A stretch of 64,000 bases of DNA, from the IMG/VR virus record IMGVR_UViG_3300037780_000034, positions 128,001 to 192,000 of that record; one strand, given 5' to 3'. Position numbers and translations under genes: made by a program. The notes below the pieces were generated by a model. The model was not told the origin of the DNA, ran no database searches, and was given only the letters and a program-made list of their open reading frames with translations. Shown here one piece after another: positions 1 through 9,646 of this stretch. The DNA is from a virus. Lineage: Duplodnaviria > Caudoviricetes. Position 1 is the stretch's first letter. Each line of letters begins with the position of its first letter.

Positions 1-12
1 TGGTATTACATT

Positions 13-222
13 ATGCTTAATGGACTTGTTGAATTTCCAAGTGGAACCAAAATTTGGCATCAAAATGACAAACTTCATCGCATTGATGGCCCTGCTGTTG
101 AACGAGCAAATGGAACAAAGGAGTGGTATATAAATGGTAAAGAATATTCTTTTACTAATTATTGTATTGAATTAAAATTATCAAAAGAACAAATATGCGA
201 ATTGGCATTGACCTATGCGTAA
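13..222 (+). CDS. hypothetical phage protein with short beta repeats
   Basis: KIWHQNDKLHRIDGPAVE..KEWYING repeat typical of jumbo phages. Confidence 0.7.
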   Translation: MLNGLVEFPSGTKIWHQNDKLHRIDGPAVERANGTKEWYINGKEYSFTNYCIELKLSKEQICELALTYA

Positions 223-243
223 CAAAATTATTAAGGAATTAAA

Positions 244-462
244 ATGACAAATCAAAGACCAGCAAAAACATACAATAGAACCGAAAATAATGGAGATATT
301 AATATTAAAACACTAATTGAATTTACTAAGAAAGCAGAAATTTTGTTGTTAGACAATAATCAAGAAGATGCATCTTTTTATTTTTCGCAGGTTCACGATT
401 GGTTAATAAAAAATCCACATATCGGATTAAATGAAAATTGTAGTAAAATTTTAGGATTATAA
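244..462 (+). CDS. hypothetical protein
   Basis: RBS AAGGA; tightly packed operon. Confidence 0.6.
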   Translation: MTNQRPAKTYNRTENNGDINIKTLIEFTKKAEILLLDNNQEDASFYFSQVHDWLIKNPHIGLNENCSKILGL

Positions 463-464
463 TT

Positions 465-932
465 ATGATATCTAAAGAAATGGAAGACAAAATAAATAAA
501 TTTTTTTCGTTTGGTAGGTGTGAATATAGAGAAAACTTTAAAATAAGTTTATGTGCAAAATGCGATGGATTGGGATTTTATACAACAGAAACATTAGTTG
601 ATTATCACCGAAATGATTATGAATACAATACACATAATTGTAATGTATGCAATGGTGACGGAAGAATCATAGTGATAGAAAAAAGTGTTGTTTTAAATAC
701 AAGCCAAGAAAAAGAAATTGTTCCATATATTGGAAATGAAAATCTATTAAAACAAAACAAATGCACACATATTCATTTAAAAGTAGATAATAGAAATCCT
801 TTTTTGGAAAATAGACATCCAGAATTAAAGGAGTTGACATACACCAACTATGATGCTATGGTAAGAAACATCTTAATAGAAGAAGCGTTGGTAACAGATG
901 ACAAAAACAGAAAAAACACCTTCCCGTTCTAA
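465..932 (+). CDS. DnaJ-type zinc-finger protein
   Basis: CAKCDGLG and CNVCNGDG motifs. Confidence 0.65.
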   Translation: MISKEMEDKINKFFSFGRCEYRENFKISLCAKCDGLGFYTTETLVDYHRNDYEYNTHNCNVCNGDGRIIVIEKSVVLNTSQEKEIVPYIGNENLLKQNKCTHIHLKVDNRNPFLENRHPELKELTYTNYDAMVRNILIEEALVTDDKNRKNTFPF

Positions 933-1206
933 ACCGCTTAAAGTAGTTGATGAACACGAACAAAAAGTAAGAGACAATGCAGTGTATTATAATGTTTCTT
1001 TTTTTCAACCTGGCTTTGGAACAAAAGTATATCAATCTTTTGAAGATTTTAAACACGCAAAGGCATATTGTCAGGTAGTTTTAAAGGAACCTAATCGCTT
1101 GCGTTCTGGACTTATCTATGCTATAGATAATAATGGAAATCACGCATTAGTAGGAACTATGGATCGTAATTTAACTTGGAAAGAAGTAATTCCACAAACT
1201 GTATAA
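898..1206 (+). CDS. hypothetical protein
   Basis: ORF in the operon before rIIA. Confidence 0.6.
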   Translation: MTKTEKTPSRSKPLKVVDEHEQKVRDNAVYYNVSFFQPGFGTKVYQSFEDFKHAKAYCQVVLKEPNRLRSGLIYAIDNNGNHALVGTMDRNLTWKEVIPQTV

Positions 1207-1220
1207 ATAAAGGAACTATT

Positions 1221-3392
1221 ATGAAAATTAATACTAAACCAGAAAACGTAGCAGAATATAAAAATATAACTTCTGTAAACGAATTTAAAATCAAGTCAAA
1301 TTTTCACAGTTTTCAGATTCTTAGTTCTGGATTGTATGCAAACAAGATTCGTGCTATTATTCGTGAACTTTCTTGTAATGCGTGGGATAGTCACGTAGCA
1401 GCAAATAATGTAAACACTCCGTTTGATTTGCACCTTCCAACTAGTATTGAACCATATTTTTCTATTCGTGACTATGGAACTGGTCTTACACACGAAGAAG
1501 TTGTTAATATTTATACGACTTATTTTGAATCTACTAAATCAGATTCAAATGATTTCATTGGTGCACTTGGTCTCGGTTCTAAGTCTCCATTTTCTTATAC
1601 AGAAAACTTTACAGTAACCGCTATCAAAGATGGCGTGAAAAGTATTTATACTGCATTTGTCAGTGAACAAGGTGTTCCTTCTGTTGCACGTATGGCAGAT
1701 TTAACAACTGATGAACCAAATGGTGTTGAGGTTAAATTTGCTGTAGAAAATACTTATGATTTTTCAAAGTTTGAAAATGAAGCAAAATATGTTTTGACTT
1801 ACTTTAAAGTGAAGCCAAACTTTACAGGAAGAACTTGCAGCGTATTTACTCCTGAATATGAAGAAGTAAACATCGTTGACAATATCAACGTTATGAAATA
1901 TAGCGTTAATAATAGTTCAAGTGTTGCAATTATGGGAAATATCGCATATCCAATTGATGTTCCTAATAAAGAAAACAACTTGGGAAATCTTGCAGAATTA
2001 TTGAGGCACAATCTTGAAATTACATTCAACATCGGTGATGTTGAATTTCAAGCAAGCCGTGAAGGTCTTTCATACACTGCTAAAACAATCAATTCTATCA
2101 AAGAAAAATTGCAATCTTTACAAAATCGCTTGGATTACTCTCTTGAAAAAGAAGTAGCACATATTACAAACGAATGGGAACTTTGTTTCTTTTTGTTTGA
2201 TAAATATCAAACAAACATATGGAAAAATTCTGTTATTAATTATATTAAAAATAATGTAAAATCTCCATTGATTAAAAATAATGTAAATTATTTTTCGTTA
2301 GAAGATATTTATCTATTGTCAACAGAAATAGAAAATAAGTATAATGTATCTGTTCGTCATATCAAGTATGATTCATATTCACAGAATTTTAGAAATATGA
2401 CAGAACACACTGTTTATGATAATAAAACTGGTTCTTATGTAAAAAAGTTATCTATTGAAGTTGATACCGATACCGTATTTGTAAAATACGATAAAAAACA
2501 CGGAGCATTACAGCACGTAAAACACCATTTTAAACATAATAGACCAAAACATTATACACATATTTATATTCTTTATCCAGCAACCAAGGACAAAGAAGCT
2601 GACTATGATGGGTTTTTTAAAGCTATACACAATCCTCCAAACTCACATATTGTGGAAATGTCTAATCTAATTGAAAAGCCAAAAGTAGTTAGAAATACTG
2701 TTGCAAAAAACAAAGACATTTCTATTCTACGGTTAGAAAAAGATTCTTATCGTAACTCATATACTTGGAAACAAGGAAGCTTGCTGTCTCACTATGATAC
2801 TAAAACAACACATTTTTATATTCCCCTGTCTGGATATAGTGGTATATGGAAAGACGGATACGAAGAAACGGATATAAAAAGTTTTGTAGATGACCTCAAT
2901 ACATCTGGTATTGATCATTTGTTGGGAATTAAAACAGTATATGGAATACGTAAATCAGATATAGAAAAAGTGATTGCTATGAAAAATTGGGTTAACATTC
3001 AAGAATATCTAATAGATAAACTTGAAAGTATTGATAAACCAATGCTAATTCCATATGTTTTCTCAAAAAATAACAACTATGGAAAATCTCTTATAAAAGA
3101 CATTTTGCCGTCTGTTCCAGATACTGATTTTGCAAAATATTTTGATAATGCTGATTTAAGTAGTTTTCCTACAAGCTTTTCAAAGTTATCAGAACTCTAT
3201 AAAAGGTATACTAATAAAACTAATATTAAAGAAATGTTTACAGAATCAGTAAAAGAGTTTAACGCTTTTATGGAAAAGTATCCACTGATACTGTATGCAG
3301 ATTATGGAAGATACTATACACAACAACAAATTCGCAAAGATTGTATTAACTTAATTAACTTAATTGAAAACAAAACCCAAGGAGAAAATTAA
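1221..3392 (+). CDS. rIIA: rIIA-like lysis inhibitor (GHKL ATPase N-terminus)
   Basis: IRELSCNAWDSH, IRDYGTGL, GALGLGSKSPF; followed by rIIB. Confidence 0.9.
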   Translation: MKINTKPENVAEYKNITSVNEFKIKSNFHSFQILSSGLYANKIRAIIRELSCNAWDSHVAANNVNTPFDLHLPTSIEPYFSIRDYGTGLTHEEVVNIYTTYFESTKSDSNDFIGALGLGSKSPFSYTENFTVTAIKDGVKSIYTAFVSEQGVPSVARMADLTTDEPNGVEVKFAVENTYDFSKFENEAKYVLTYFKVKPNFTGRTCSVFTPEYEEVNIVDNINVMKYSVNNSSSVAIMGNIAYPIDVPNKENNLGNLAELLRHNLEITFNIGDVEFQASREGLSYTAKTINSIKEKLQSLQNRLDYSLEKEVAHITNEWELCFFLFDKYQTNIWKNSVINYIKNNVKSPLIKNNVNYFSLEDIYLLSTEIENKYNVSVRHIKYDSYSQNFRNMTEHTVYDNKTGSYVKKLSIEVDTDTVFVKYDKKHGALQHVKHHFKHNRPKHYTHIYILYPATKDKEADYDGFFKAIHNPPNSHIVEMSNLIEKPKVVRNTVAKNKDISILRLEKDSYRNSYTWKQGSLLSHYDTKTTHFYIPLSGYSGIWKDGYEETDIKSFVDDLNTSGIDHLLGIKTVYGIRKSDIEKVIAMKNWVNIQEYLIDKLESIDKPMLIPYVFSKNNNYGKSLIKDILPSVPDTDFAKYFDNADLSSFPTSFSKLSELYKRYTNKTNIKEMFTESVKEFNAFMEKYPLILYADYGRYYTQQQIRKDCINLINLIENKTQGEN

Positions 3393-3393
3393 A

Positions 3394-4224
3394 ATGAACT
3401 CATACCCTTATCTAATTCAAGGAACTAATATCGTTATTTTTATTAATAACGAAACCTACACTATTACAAAATCACATATCTCATATGAAAAAGTATTGGA
3501 ATCAATTCGTTCCAATGATTGGGAAACTGTAAAAAACATTGTTGATCCTAAAAAAGTAATCATCAATTATGGAAAAGGAAATGTTTCCATTCAAGGTGAA
3601 ACACTTTATTGGAAAGATAAAGAATTCCATAATTCATTAAGCTCACGAATGATTAAAATGTTTCAAGATGGTTTCTCTATTGAACCAATGATCAATTTTA
3701 TGGAAAATCTTATGGAAAATCCAAGTTATCGTGCAGTAAATGAACTATACGAATTCTTGGAAAAAAATAACCTTCCTATTACACCAGATGGTCATTTTCT
3801 TGCTTATAAAAAAGTAAAAAACGATTATATGGACGTTCATAGCAGAACTGTTCCAAATAAACTTGCAAAAATGTTTACTGATGAAGAAATTCAAAGTATG
3901 CCTATCGTTGGTGGACTTAATGGCGAAGTAACAGTAAAAATCAATTCTGACAATGTTACTGTTGTCAAAATGCCGCGAAATCAGGTTAACGATGATAAAA
4001 CTCAAACTTGCAGCGAAGGTCTTCATTTTTGTTCAAAAGAATATCTTTCAAGCTTTGGTGGTGAAAGGATTATGGTTCTTAAAATCAATCCACGAGATGT
4101 AGTATCAATTCCTGTTGACTACAATCGTAGTAAAGGTCGTTGCAATAGGTATCAAATCATTGCTGAACTTGGTGTCAAAGAAGAAGTGTTTGACGAAGTT
4201 GTGATGGAAAACGCTAACGTATAA
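3394..4224 (+). CDS. rIIB: rIIB-like protein
   Basis: LPITPDGHFLAYKKV, CSEGLHFC, INPRDVVSIPVDY. Confidence 0.9.
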   Translation: MNSYPYLIQGTNIVIFINNETYTITKSHISYEKVLESIRSNDWETVKNIVDPKKVIINYGKGNVSIQGETLYWKDKEFHNSLSSRMIKMFQDGFSIEPMINFMENLMENPSYRAVNELYEFLEKNNLPITPDGHFLAYKKVKNDYMDVHSRTVPNKLAKMFTDEEIQSMPIVGGLNGEVTVKINSDNVTVVKMPRNQVNDDKTQTCSEGLHFCSKEYLSSFGGERIMVLKINPRDVVSIPVDYNRSKGRCNRYQIIAELGVKEEVFDEVVMENANV

Positions 4225-4234
4225 CTTTTGTAAA

Positions 4235-4260
4235 ATACACGGGAACTAGTTCCCGTGTAT
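4235..4260 (+). terminator. perfect 26-bp palindrome after rIIB
   Basis: ATACACGGGAACTAGTTCCCGTGTAT followed by a pyrimidine tract. Confidence 0.7.
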
Positions 4261-4281
4261 TCCTCTTTTAGGAATGTGAAT

Positions 4282-4515
4282 ATGGAACTTATTGAAAAGA
4301 AATTAAAGTTTTTACAAGATAGTGACAGTATGCAAAAAGATGATGCCTTTCAACAATTAAATGTTGAAGTATTAGATAGTGGCGCCGGAGCATATGTAGT
4401 TATTTCAACTAAAAGATGGTCGTTTGATGAGTCAGACATTGATAACTTTGCAAAAATGTTAAAAAAAGAAATTAAAAATGTAGGACACAGTATAAAATAT
4501 AATGCAGAAAATTAA
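4282..4515 (+). CDS. hypothetical protein
   Basis: ORF with AGGA upstream. Confidence 0.55.
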   Translation: MELIEKKLKFLQDSDSMQKDDAFQQLNVEVLDSGAGAYVVISTKRWSFDESDIDNFAKMLKKEIKNVGHSIKYNAEN

Positions 4516-4517
4516 AG

Positions 4518-4832
4518 ATGATAATATCAATAGACTATGATAATACATATACCGTTGATCCGGTATTATGGGATCAATTTATAAAAAATGCTATTTCAAA
4601 AGGACATACTGTCTATTGCATTTCTGCAAGGTCAGAACCTATGATGGAAGATGCAAAGAATACGATAGGTAAAATAATCGGTCCAGCAAATTGCTTTGGA
4701 ACAAACTTTGAACCAAAAAAAAGTTTTATGTGGAAAAACCATAAAATAAAAATAGATGTATGGATTGATGACACGCCAGAGTATATAACAGATATTACTT
4801 ATGGTGGATTAATTATGCCATATTCTCCATAG
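4518..4832 (+). CDS. HAD-like phosphatase
   Basis: SIDYDNT motif I; WIDD motif. Confidence 0.7.
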   Translation: MIISIDYDNTYTVDPVLWDQFIKNAISKGHTVYCISARSEPMMEDAKNTIGKIIGPANCFGTNFEPKKSFMWKNHKIKIDVWIDDTPEYITDITYGGLIMPYSP

Positions 4833-4843
4833 GATATTTTAAA

Positions 4844-5146
4844 ATGACAAATATAGTTTCAACAAATTATGACTTTGTAAATCATTTCTTAAATTCAACA
4901 AAACAAATATTTCGTGATCATCTTGTATTAAAAGATGGTTCTATTTTATCTATTCAAGCAAGCGAACTTCATTATTGTTTTCCAAGGAATAACAATGCTG
5001 ACCATTATGAAACTGTTGAAATTTGGCTATACCCAAAAAACGAAACTTTTTTTGCTGAATGGGGCGGCGATGATACTACACCAGCAGCATTTGTGCCAGT
5101 TGAAAAAGTTAATGAATATATATTAAAACGTGGTGGAATATTATAA
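4844..5146 (+). CDS. hypothetical protein
   Basis: ORF with RBS AGGA. Confidence 0.6.
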   Translation: MTNIVSTNYDFVNHFLNSTKQIFRDHLVLKDGSILSIQASELHYCFPRNNNADHYETVEIWLYPKNETFFAEWGGDDTTPAAFVPVEKVNEYILKRGGIL

Positions 5147-5172
5147 ATATTATAATATAAAGGAATATTATA

Positions 5173-5649
5173 ATGGATATAAGAACGTTAATTAATAAAA
5201 TAAATTCGTTTGATGAAGAAACTTCTTTAGTAGAAAGTGTATTAAAAGAATATAGCATAAATGATTTATTCACATTTGATAATTCTTATCTTAACGAAGA
5301 TTTAAACAATTTAAAACCATACCAAACCCAAAATTGGGATATAGATTATTCAAACGCATTTAAAAAAGGTGTTAAGAAATATAGAAATAATCCAAAAGTT
5401 TTAAAAGAATTAAAAGAATTAGAAAATTTTATTATTTCACACTCTGAAAAACCAGAAAAATCTACATTTCCACCACAGTATAATGTTCATATAATAAAAA
5501 CTGATCCAAAATTTTCAGGTGCATACGATGCTCATATATTAGGCAGTAAAATAATAACACTATTTTACATAGAAACTGATTCTGAAAAATTGAAACTACG
5601 TTGGATATATCTTGGAACACACGAAGGTGCAAAGAGCCATCTTGCTTGA
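5173..5649 (+). CDS. YafQ/RelE-family mRNA interferase-like protein with N-terminal extension
   Basis: IDYSNAFKKGVK, PPQYNVH, GAYDAHI and LGTH align by eye with YafQ motifs; TATAAATA upstream. Confidence 0.7.
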   Translation: MDIRTLINKINSFDEETSLVESVLKEYSINDLFTFDNSYLNEDLNNLKPYQTQNWDIDYSNAFKKGVKKYRNNPKVLKELKELENFIISHSEKPEKSTFPPQYNVHIIKTDPKFSGAYDAHILGSKIITLFYIETDSEKLKLRWIYLGTHEGAKSHLA

Positions 5650-5883
5650 CAACTAACTCTTAGTGTGATATATGATTCGGTAACGATCAATAATCGTAAT
5701 CACACTATTATGAATGACACCAAATGACAGTTTTTGAATTAATTAGCATACTTCAACAATTTCCACAGGATTACAAAGTATATTGTGAAGGTGGAGATTA
5801 TAAAGACGATTATCGTGAAGTCTACAAAGTTGAAGTATCACACAGATCAACACTCGGAACACCAGTAGGGATTTTTATTAAAA

Positions 5884-6189
5884 ATGAATGATCGTATTAC
5901 AGAGATTATCAAATCTATGGGAATTATCTCAGAATCAGAACATTATGAAATTGCTGAAAAAGTAATTCGTGAATGTGCGATTCTATCACGAAATTTGTCT
6001 CCACACGGAGAACTTACAGAAAAAGCAATATTGGATCACTTTGGAATTTCAAATTCACAAGAAACAGTTTCTGATTTTTTGGATGAAGATGAAGATTATT
6101 CTGTAGAAGACCTTTTTACTTTTTCAAATGGATATGATCCAATTTATAAAAAATATCAAAATGAGGAAAATAACGATGATCACTCTTGA
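5884..6189 (+). CDS. hypothetical protein
   Basis: ORF. Confidence 0.55.
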   Translation: MNDRITEIIKSMGIISESEHYEIAEKVIRECAILSRNLSPHGELTEKAILDHFGISNSQETVSDFLDEDEDYSVEDLFTFSNGYDPIYKKYQNEENNDDHS

Positions 6190-6670
6190 ACAAGCAATTA
6201 AACTCGCAAACTACCAAATAACTGGGGGAAGCCAGTATCTTTGGAAATGTTTTGGCCCAAATGCACGGTATCTTGATTTCGTGGACAACGAAAAGATTTC
6301 GTATTCTGTAATTTTTGATACAGAAACACAAGTTGTATATCAGGCAACCATAAGTGATTATACTCGGGAAAATCATTATCTTCTGCTAAACAAAGAGTAT
6401 CGTGAAGACTATATTGCAGAATCAGATTCAAGAGGTTCAAGATATAATCAAGTATATGACGATGTAAACTATGTAGAACTTGAAGAAGTAAATGATTTTG
6501 TTGAAAAAGCAGATGCCATCATAAACGGTAAAGAATATGATGATCGTGTATCAATTCCTCTTGATTTTGACGATGCACTTCTTTTTAAAATTATGATTGC
6601 TGCTCATAAAGAAGACCTTACACTAAATCAGTTCATTGAAAAAAGTATTAATTCCTTTATAAATAAATAA
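6176..6670 (+). CDS. hypothetical protein with possible C-terminal ribbon-helix-helix
   Basis: GAGG RBS before ATG 6176; AAHKEDLTLNQFIEK. Confidence 0.65.
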   Translation: MITLEQAIKLANYQITGGSQYLWKCFGPNARYLDFVDNEKISYSVIFDTETQVVYQATISDYTRENHYLLLNKEYREDYIAESDSRGSRYNQVYDDVNYVELEEVNDFVEKADAIINGKEYDDRVSIPLDFDDALLFKIMIAAHKEDLTLNQFIEKSINSFINK

Positions 6671-6689
6671 AAATAAAGGATTAAACATT

Positions 6690-7109
6690 ATGAGAAAATA
6701 TTTAAATATTGTAGAAGCTTCAAACAAAGGATGTCCACCAGCTACACAAGATATTGATTTAAATCTAAAAAATCGTCAAAAAGCAATTGACGAATATCAT
6801 TATGGTCCAGCTAACCCAGACAATCCAGAAAATTATTGGAAAGATGCAGCAAAAAGATGGAATATCACTGAAAAAACTGCAAAAACAATGACTTGTTCAA
6901 ATTGTGCTGCATTTGACGTTAGCGATAAAATGTGGGATTGTATCACAAAAGGAATTGAAGGCGATAATAAAGATGTAGACTCTCTTGCTACTATTCATAA
7001 AGCCGACTTGGGATATTGTAACTTTTTACATTTTAAATGTGCAGGAACAAGAAGCTGCACAGCTTGGGTAACTGGTGGAGCAATAGACGACAAAGATAGA
7101 ACTAAATGA
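6690..7109 (+). CDS. Cys-rich late hypothetical protein
   Basis: CSNCAAF, CNFLHFKCAGTRSC; TATAAATA upstream. Confidence 0.75.
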   Translation: MRKYLNIVEASNKGCPPATQDIDLNLKNRQKAIDEYHYGPANPDNPENYWKDAAKRWNITEKTAKTMTCSNCAAFDVSDKMWDCITKGIEGDNKDVDSLATIHKADLGYCNFLHFKCAGTRSCTAWVTGGAIDDKDRTK

Positions 7110-7750
7110 AACTAATAAAAACAAATGAACAATTTAATCCAAATCCATATTTGTCAACTCCTATAGATTTAGAATTAGTTAAGAATTTAAAATTAACTGA
7201 TTTTGACAAAGATGGATATGAAGTTCCTTCTCCACTGGAACAACTTCATTATGAAGCACAAGGTGTAGAATTAAATAAAGAAATACAATATCATATAGCA
7301 CCAGTTCAACCTTGGTATTATGATGAAGAATCCAGTGAAAAAGAATTAGTGTTGGATCATTGTATGATATTGACACGTTGGGAATTTTCAGGTGAAGCAA
7401 GAAAACAATTAGAATATGTAGCAAAGCAAAGACCAATACTAAATAAATTGCTCGGCATTAAACACAAATGGGGCATAGACTTTAGTTTAGATTGGATAGA
7501 CGATACATACTGTATGGAAATAATTCATATAGAACAAGACTTTTTCAATATTGATGAAGCAAATGATGCAAAACAAAAACTTGAAAATATAATAGAAACA
7601 ACTGATTGGAAACAAGGCGCAAAAGACCTTATCACTATAAAATCTAAATGGATAGATTTAAATTCTGATGACCAAAGCGATTTTAAAGCAAAGTTTTTTG
7701 GTTGGGACAGAGCATTTAACAATAAAAAAGTTTTTTCATTTTTTTCATAA
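7106..7750 (+). CDS. hypothetical protein
   Basis: ATGA overlap with the previous gene. Confidence 0.7.
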   Translation: MKLIKTNEQFNPNPYLSTPIDLELVKNLKLTDFDKDGYEVPSPLEQLHYEAQGVELNKEIQYHIAPVQPWYYDEESSEKELVLDHCMILTRWEFSGEARKQLEYVAKQRPILNKLLGIKHKWGIDFSLDWIDDTYCMEIIHIEQDFFNIDEANDAKQKLENIIETTDWKQGAKDLITIKSKWIDLNSDDQSDFKAKFFGWDRAFNNKKVFSFFS

Positions 7751-7947
7751 AAAATGCACTATTTTGTATATTTTTCTGTTTTAAAAACATAAATACAATT
7801 ACAAAAACAGAAAGAACATAAATGAGTTTACGTAATAGAAATATATCATCTAACCAGATAATCCCCGCAAGAGGATTAGGTTGTGGTGTCTTTCAATTGG
7901 AGGGGTATATAGACTAGATTAAAAGAAATTTTAAGAAAAGTTTATAA

Positions 7948-7981
7948 AACCCTCTGAATAAAATCAGGGGGTTCTTTTTTT
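7948..7981 (+). terminator. intrinsic terminator
   Basis: AACCCTCTGA/TCAGGGGGTT stem plus T tract. Confidence 0.8.
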
Positions 7982-7997
7982 AAACTACGAAAAGGTG

Positions 7998-8026
7998 TTG
8001 ACAACGATAAGCGAATCACTTATAGT
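7998..8026 (+). promoter_or_regulatory. sigma70-type promoter of the RNA cluster (P1)
   Basis: TTGACA-17-TATAGT. Confidence 0.85.
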
Positions 8027-8084
8027 TAGTTCATCAAGAAACGGACAGCAGATAAAAAAATCTGCAAGATGTTGAAAAAAGGTG

Positions 8085-8113
8085 TTGACAACCATAACCG
8101 AATCAGTTATAGT
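8085..8113 (+). promoter_or_regulatory. sigma70-type promoter (P2), near-copy of P1
   Basis: TTGACA-17-TATAGT. Confidence 0.85.
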
Positions 8114-8134
8114 TACAACATCAAGAAACAAAAC

Positions 8135-8165
8135 AGAACGAAAGTTCTACGCTCTTTGAAAATTT
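8135..8165 (+). promoter_or_regulatory. rrn-like boxB hairpin plus boxA antitermination site
   Basis: AGAAC-GAAA-GTTCT then CGCTCTTTGAAAATTT. Confidence 0.6.
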
Positions 8166-8811
8166 GGTATTCGTCTTAGGGAAAACCCGATAATAGACTG
8201 AAAACAGTGAAACGATGCTGGCGAATATGCCTGTAAGTTCTCTGTTAATGATTGATAATGAATGACTACTTTTGTGCAAACAACTGTTATGAAACATTAT
8301 CAAGAATTCTGTTTTCAAATACACAGATATACTAACAGAAGGCTATCCGGAAGTCATTATGCTAAGTTTCTGTGTATCTGAAAACAGATTAGGTCGTCAG
8401 TATAGACTCCATATGCAAGGCCGTTTAAGGGAATCAGGAGTGTCGGCAGCACAAACTTGTTTGTGACGGACTATTCCCTATTAGAATAAACTATGAAAGT
8501 AACTGAAATAGTATCATAGTCGCTCTATGATCTTGGTGCAAATCCAAGCATAGTGAAATCATAGTTTCCAACTTACTAACTTTACGCCTCCTTCAATAGT
8601 AAGTTGGGTTATTTTTCTGCCACTGTAAATGCAATACTTTACAGTGATGGGCTGGATAAAAGGTGAGCAGACATCTTCCAGCACTTTTCTTACAGAACAG
8701 GTGATCCTAGTGTGGAACGGTATATAAATCCCTATCTTATACCAAGGAAAAAAGATTTTAGGGAATCTGGTGCAAATCCTTTCATCACCTTTTCTGTAAG
8801 AAAAAGTTTAT

Positions 8812-8933
8812 TGCATCGTAGCTCAGAGGTAGAGCAGGTGACTGTGGATGCTAAAGGTCATAGGGTCAGTTCGATTCTGACAGCATCAACCGTAATCACT
8901 TGGTCGCAGGTTCGATCCCTGCCGATGCAGCCA
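8812..8933 (+). tRNA. tRNA-Asn(GTT) interrupted by a 47-nt tRNA-like insert (8846-8892)
   Basis: TGCATCG/CGATGCA acceptor, G73, CCA, intact D and T arms; removing the insert gives loop CT-GTT-AA. Confidence 0.8.
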
Positions 8934-9014
8934 ATATTTTGTGTAATTTATTGATACAGTTACACAACTTAAAACCCAATCAAATGCGCAGTTTTGGGTC
9001 TGCGCGATATTTAA

Positions 9015-9106
9015 GGAACATTGGCTGAGTGGTCTAAAGCATCGGTTTGCTAAACCGACGAAGGCAAATATGTCTTCCATTGGTTCGAATCCAATATGTT
9101 CCGCCA
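9015..9106 (+). tRNA. tRNA-Ser(GCT)
   Basis: full cloverleaf, long variable arm, G73, CCA. Confidence 0.95.
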
Positions 9107-9125
9107 ATAACGAATATGAAGAATA

Positions 9126-9202
9126 CAGGGTATGGGATAGTCTGGTTAATCTAACGCCCTTGGACGGCGTTGACGGTGGTTCAAATCCACCTACCCTGAC
9201 CA
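9126..9202 (+). tRNA. tRNA-Pro(TGG)
   Basis: CAGGGTA/TACCCTG acceptor; loop CT-TGG-AC. Confidence 0.95.
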
Positions 9203-9344
9203 TAAATTTCAGAGGGTTAAAACAGCGGATTATGTATGTTTCGTAAAATGAAAACAAAAGTAGTTTAAAATGTAAAGTTTATCTGTAGATAAACCTCTTG
9301 CATTTTTCTACAGAAACCGAAAAAGTCCCTCACTTTAATAACTT

Positions 9345-9420
9345 GCGGGTATAACTCAGTTGGTAGAGTATCTGACTTCCAATCAGAATGTCGTCGGTTC
9401 GAATCCGATTGCCCGCTCCA
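9345..9420 (+). tRNA. tRNA-Gly(TCC)
   Basis: canonical cloverleaf, U73, CCA. Confidence 0.95.
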
Positions 9421-9516
9421 AAATATGTCGGTTCCATTCAGTTGGTTTATTGAAGAACGATACTTCAATTTAGTCTAGTCGTTTAGACAATCGGCTCCAT
9501 TTTTAAACTTTTTTTT

Positions 9517-9646
9517 AGGATCATTTCCGCAATATTTTACTTTGCATCAGAAGCACGTGTTTGCAGGTTCAAGTCCTGCCTCCCCAACCATAATAATTGA
9601 CGGGGAGTAGGCAAATGGTAAAGCCGCGTTAAGTAATATGATCCTG
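9517..9646 (+). ncRNA. cassette 1 carrying a circularly permuted tRNA (CAG, Leu-like)
   Basis: AGGATCAT-TTCCGCAA ... ATGATCCT-G; 3' half 9544-9590 precedes 5' half 9601-9629. Confidence 0.85.

Noticed and set aside
8974-9005. H-type pseudoknot or HDV-like ribozyme after tRNA-Asn
   Set aside because: The two 6-bp stems leave no connecting loop and no HDV core is visible; a simple hairpin explains it.
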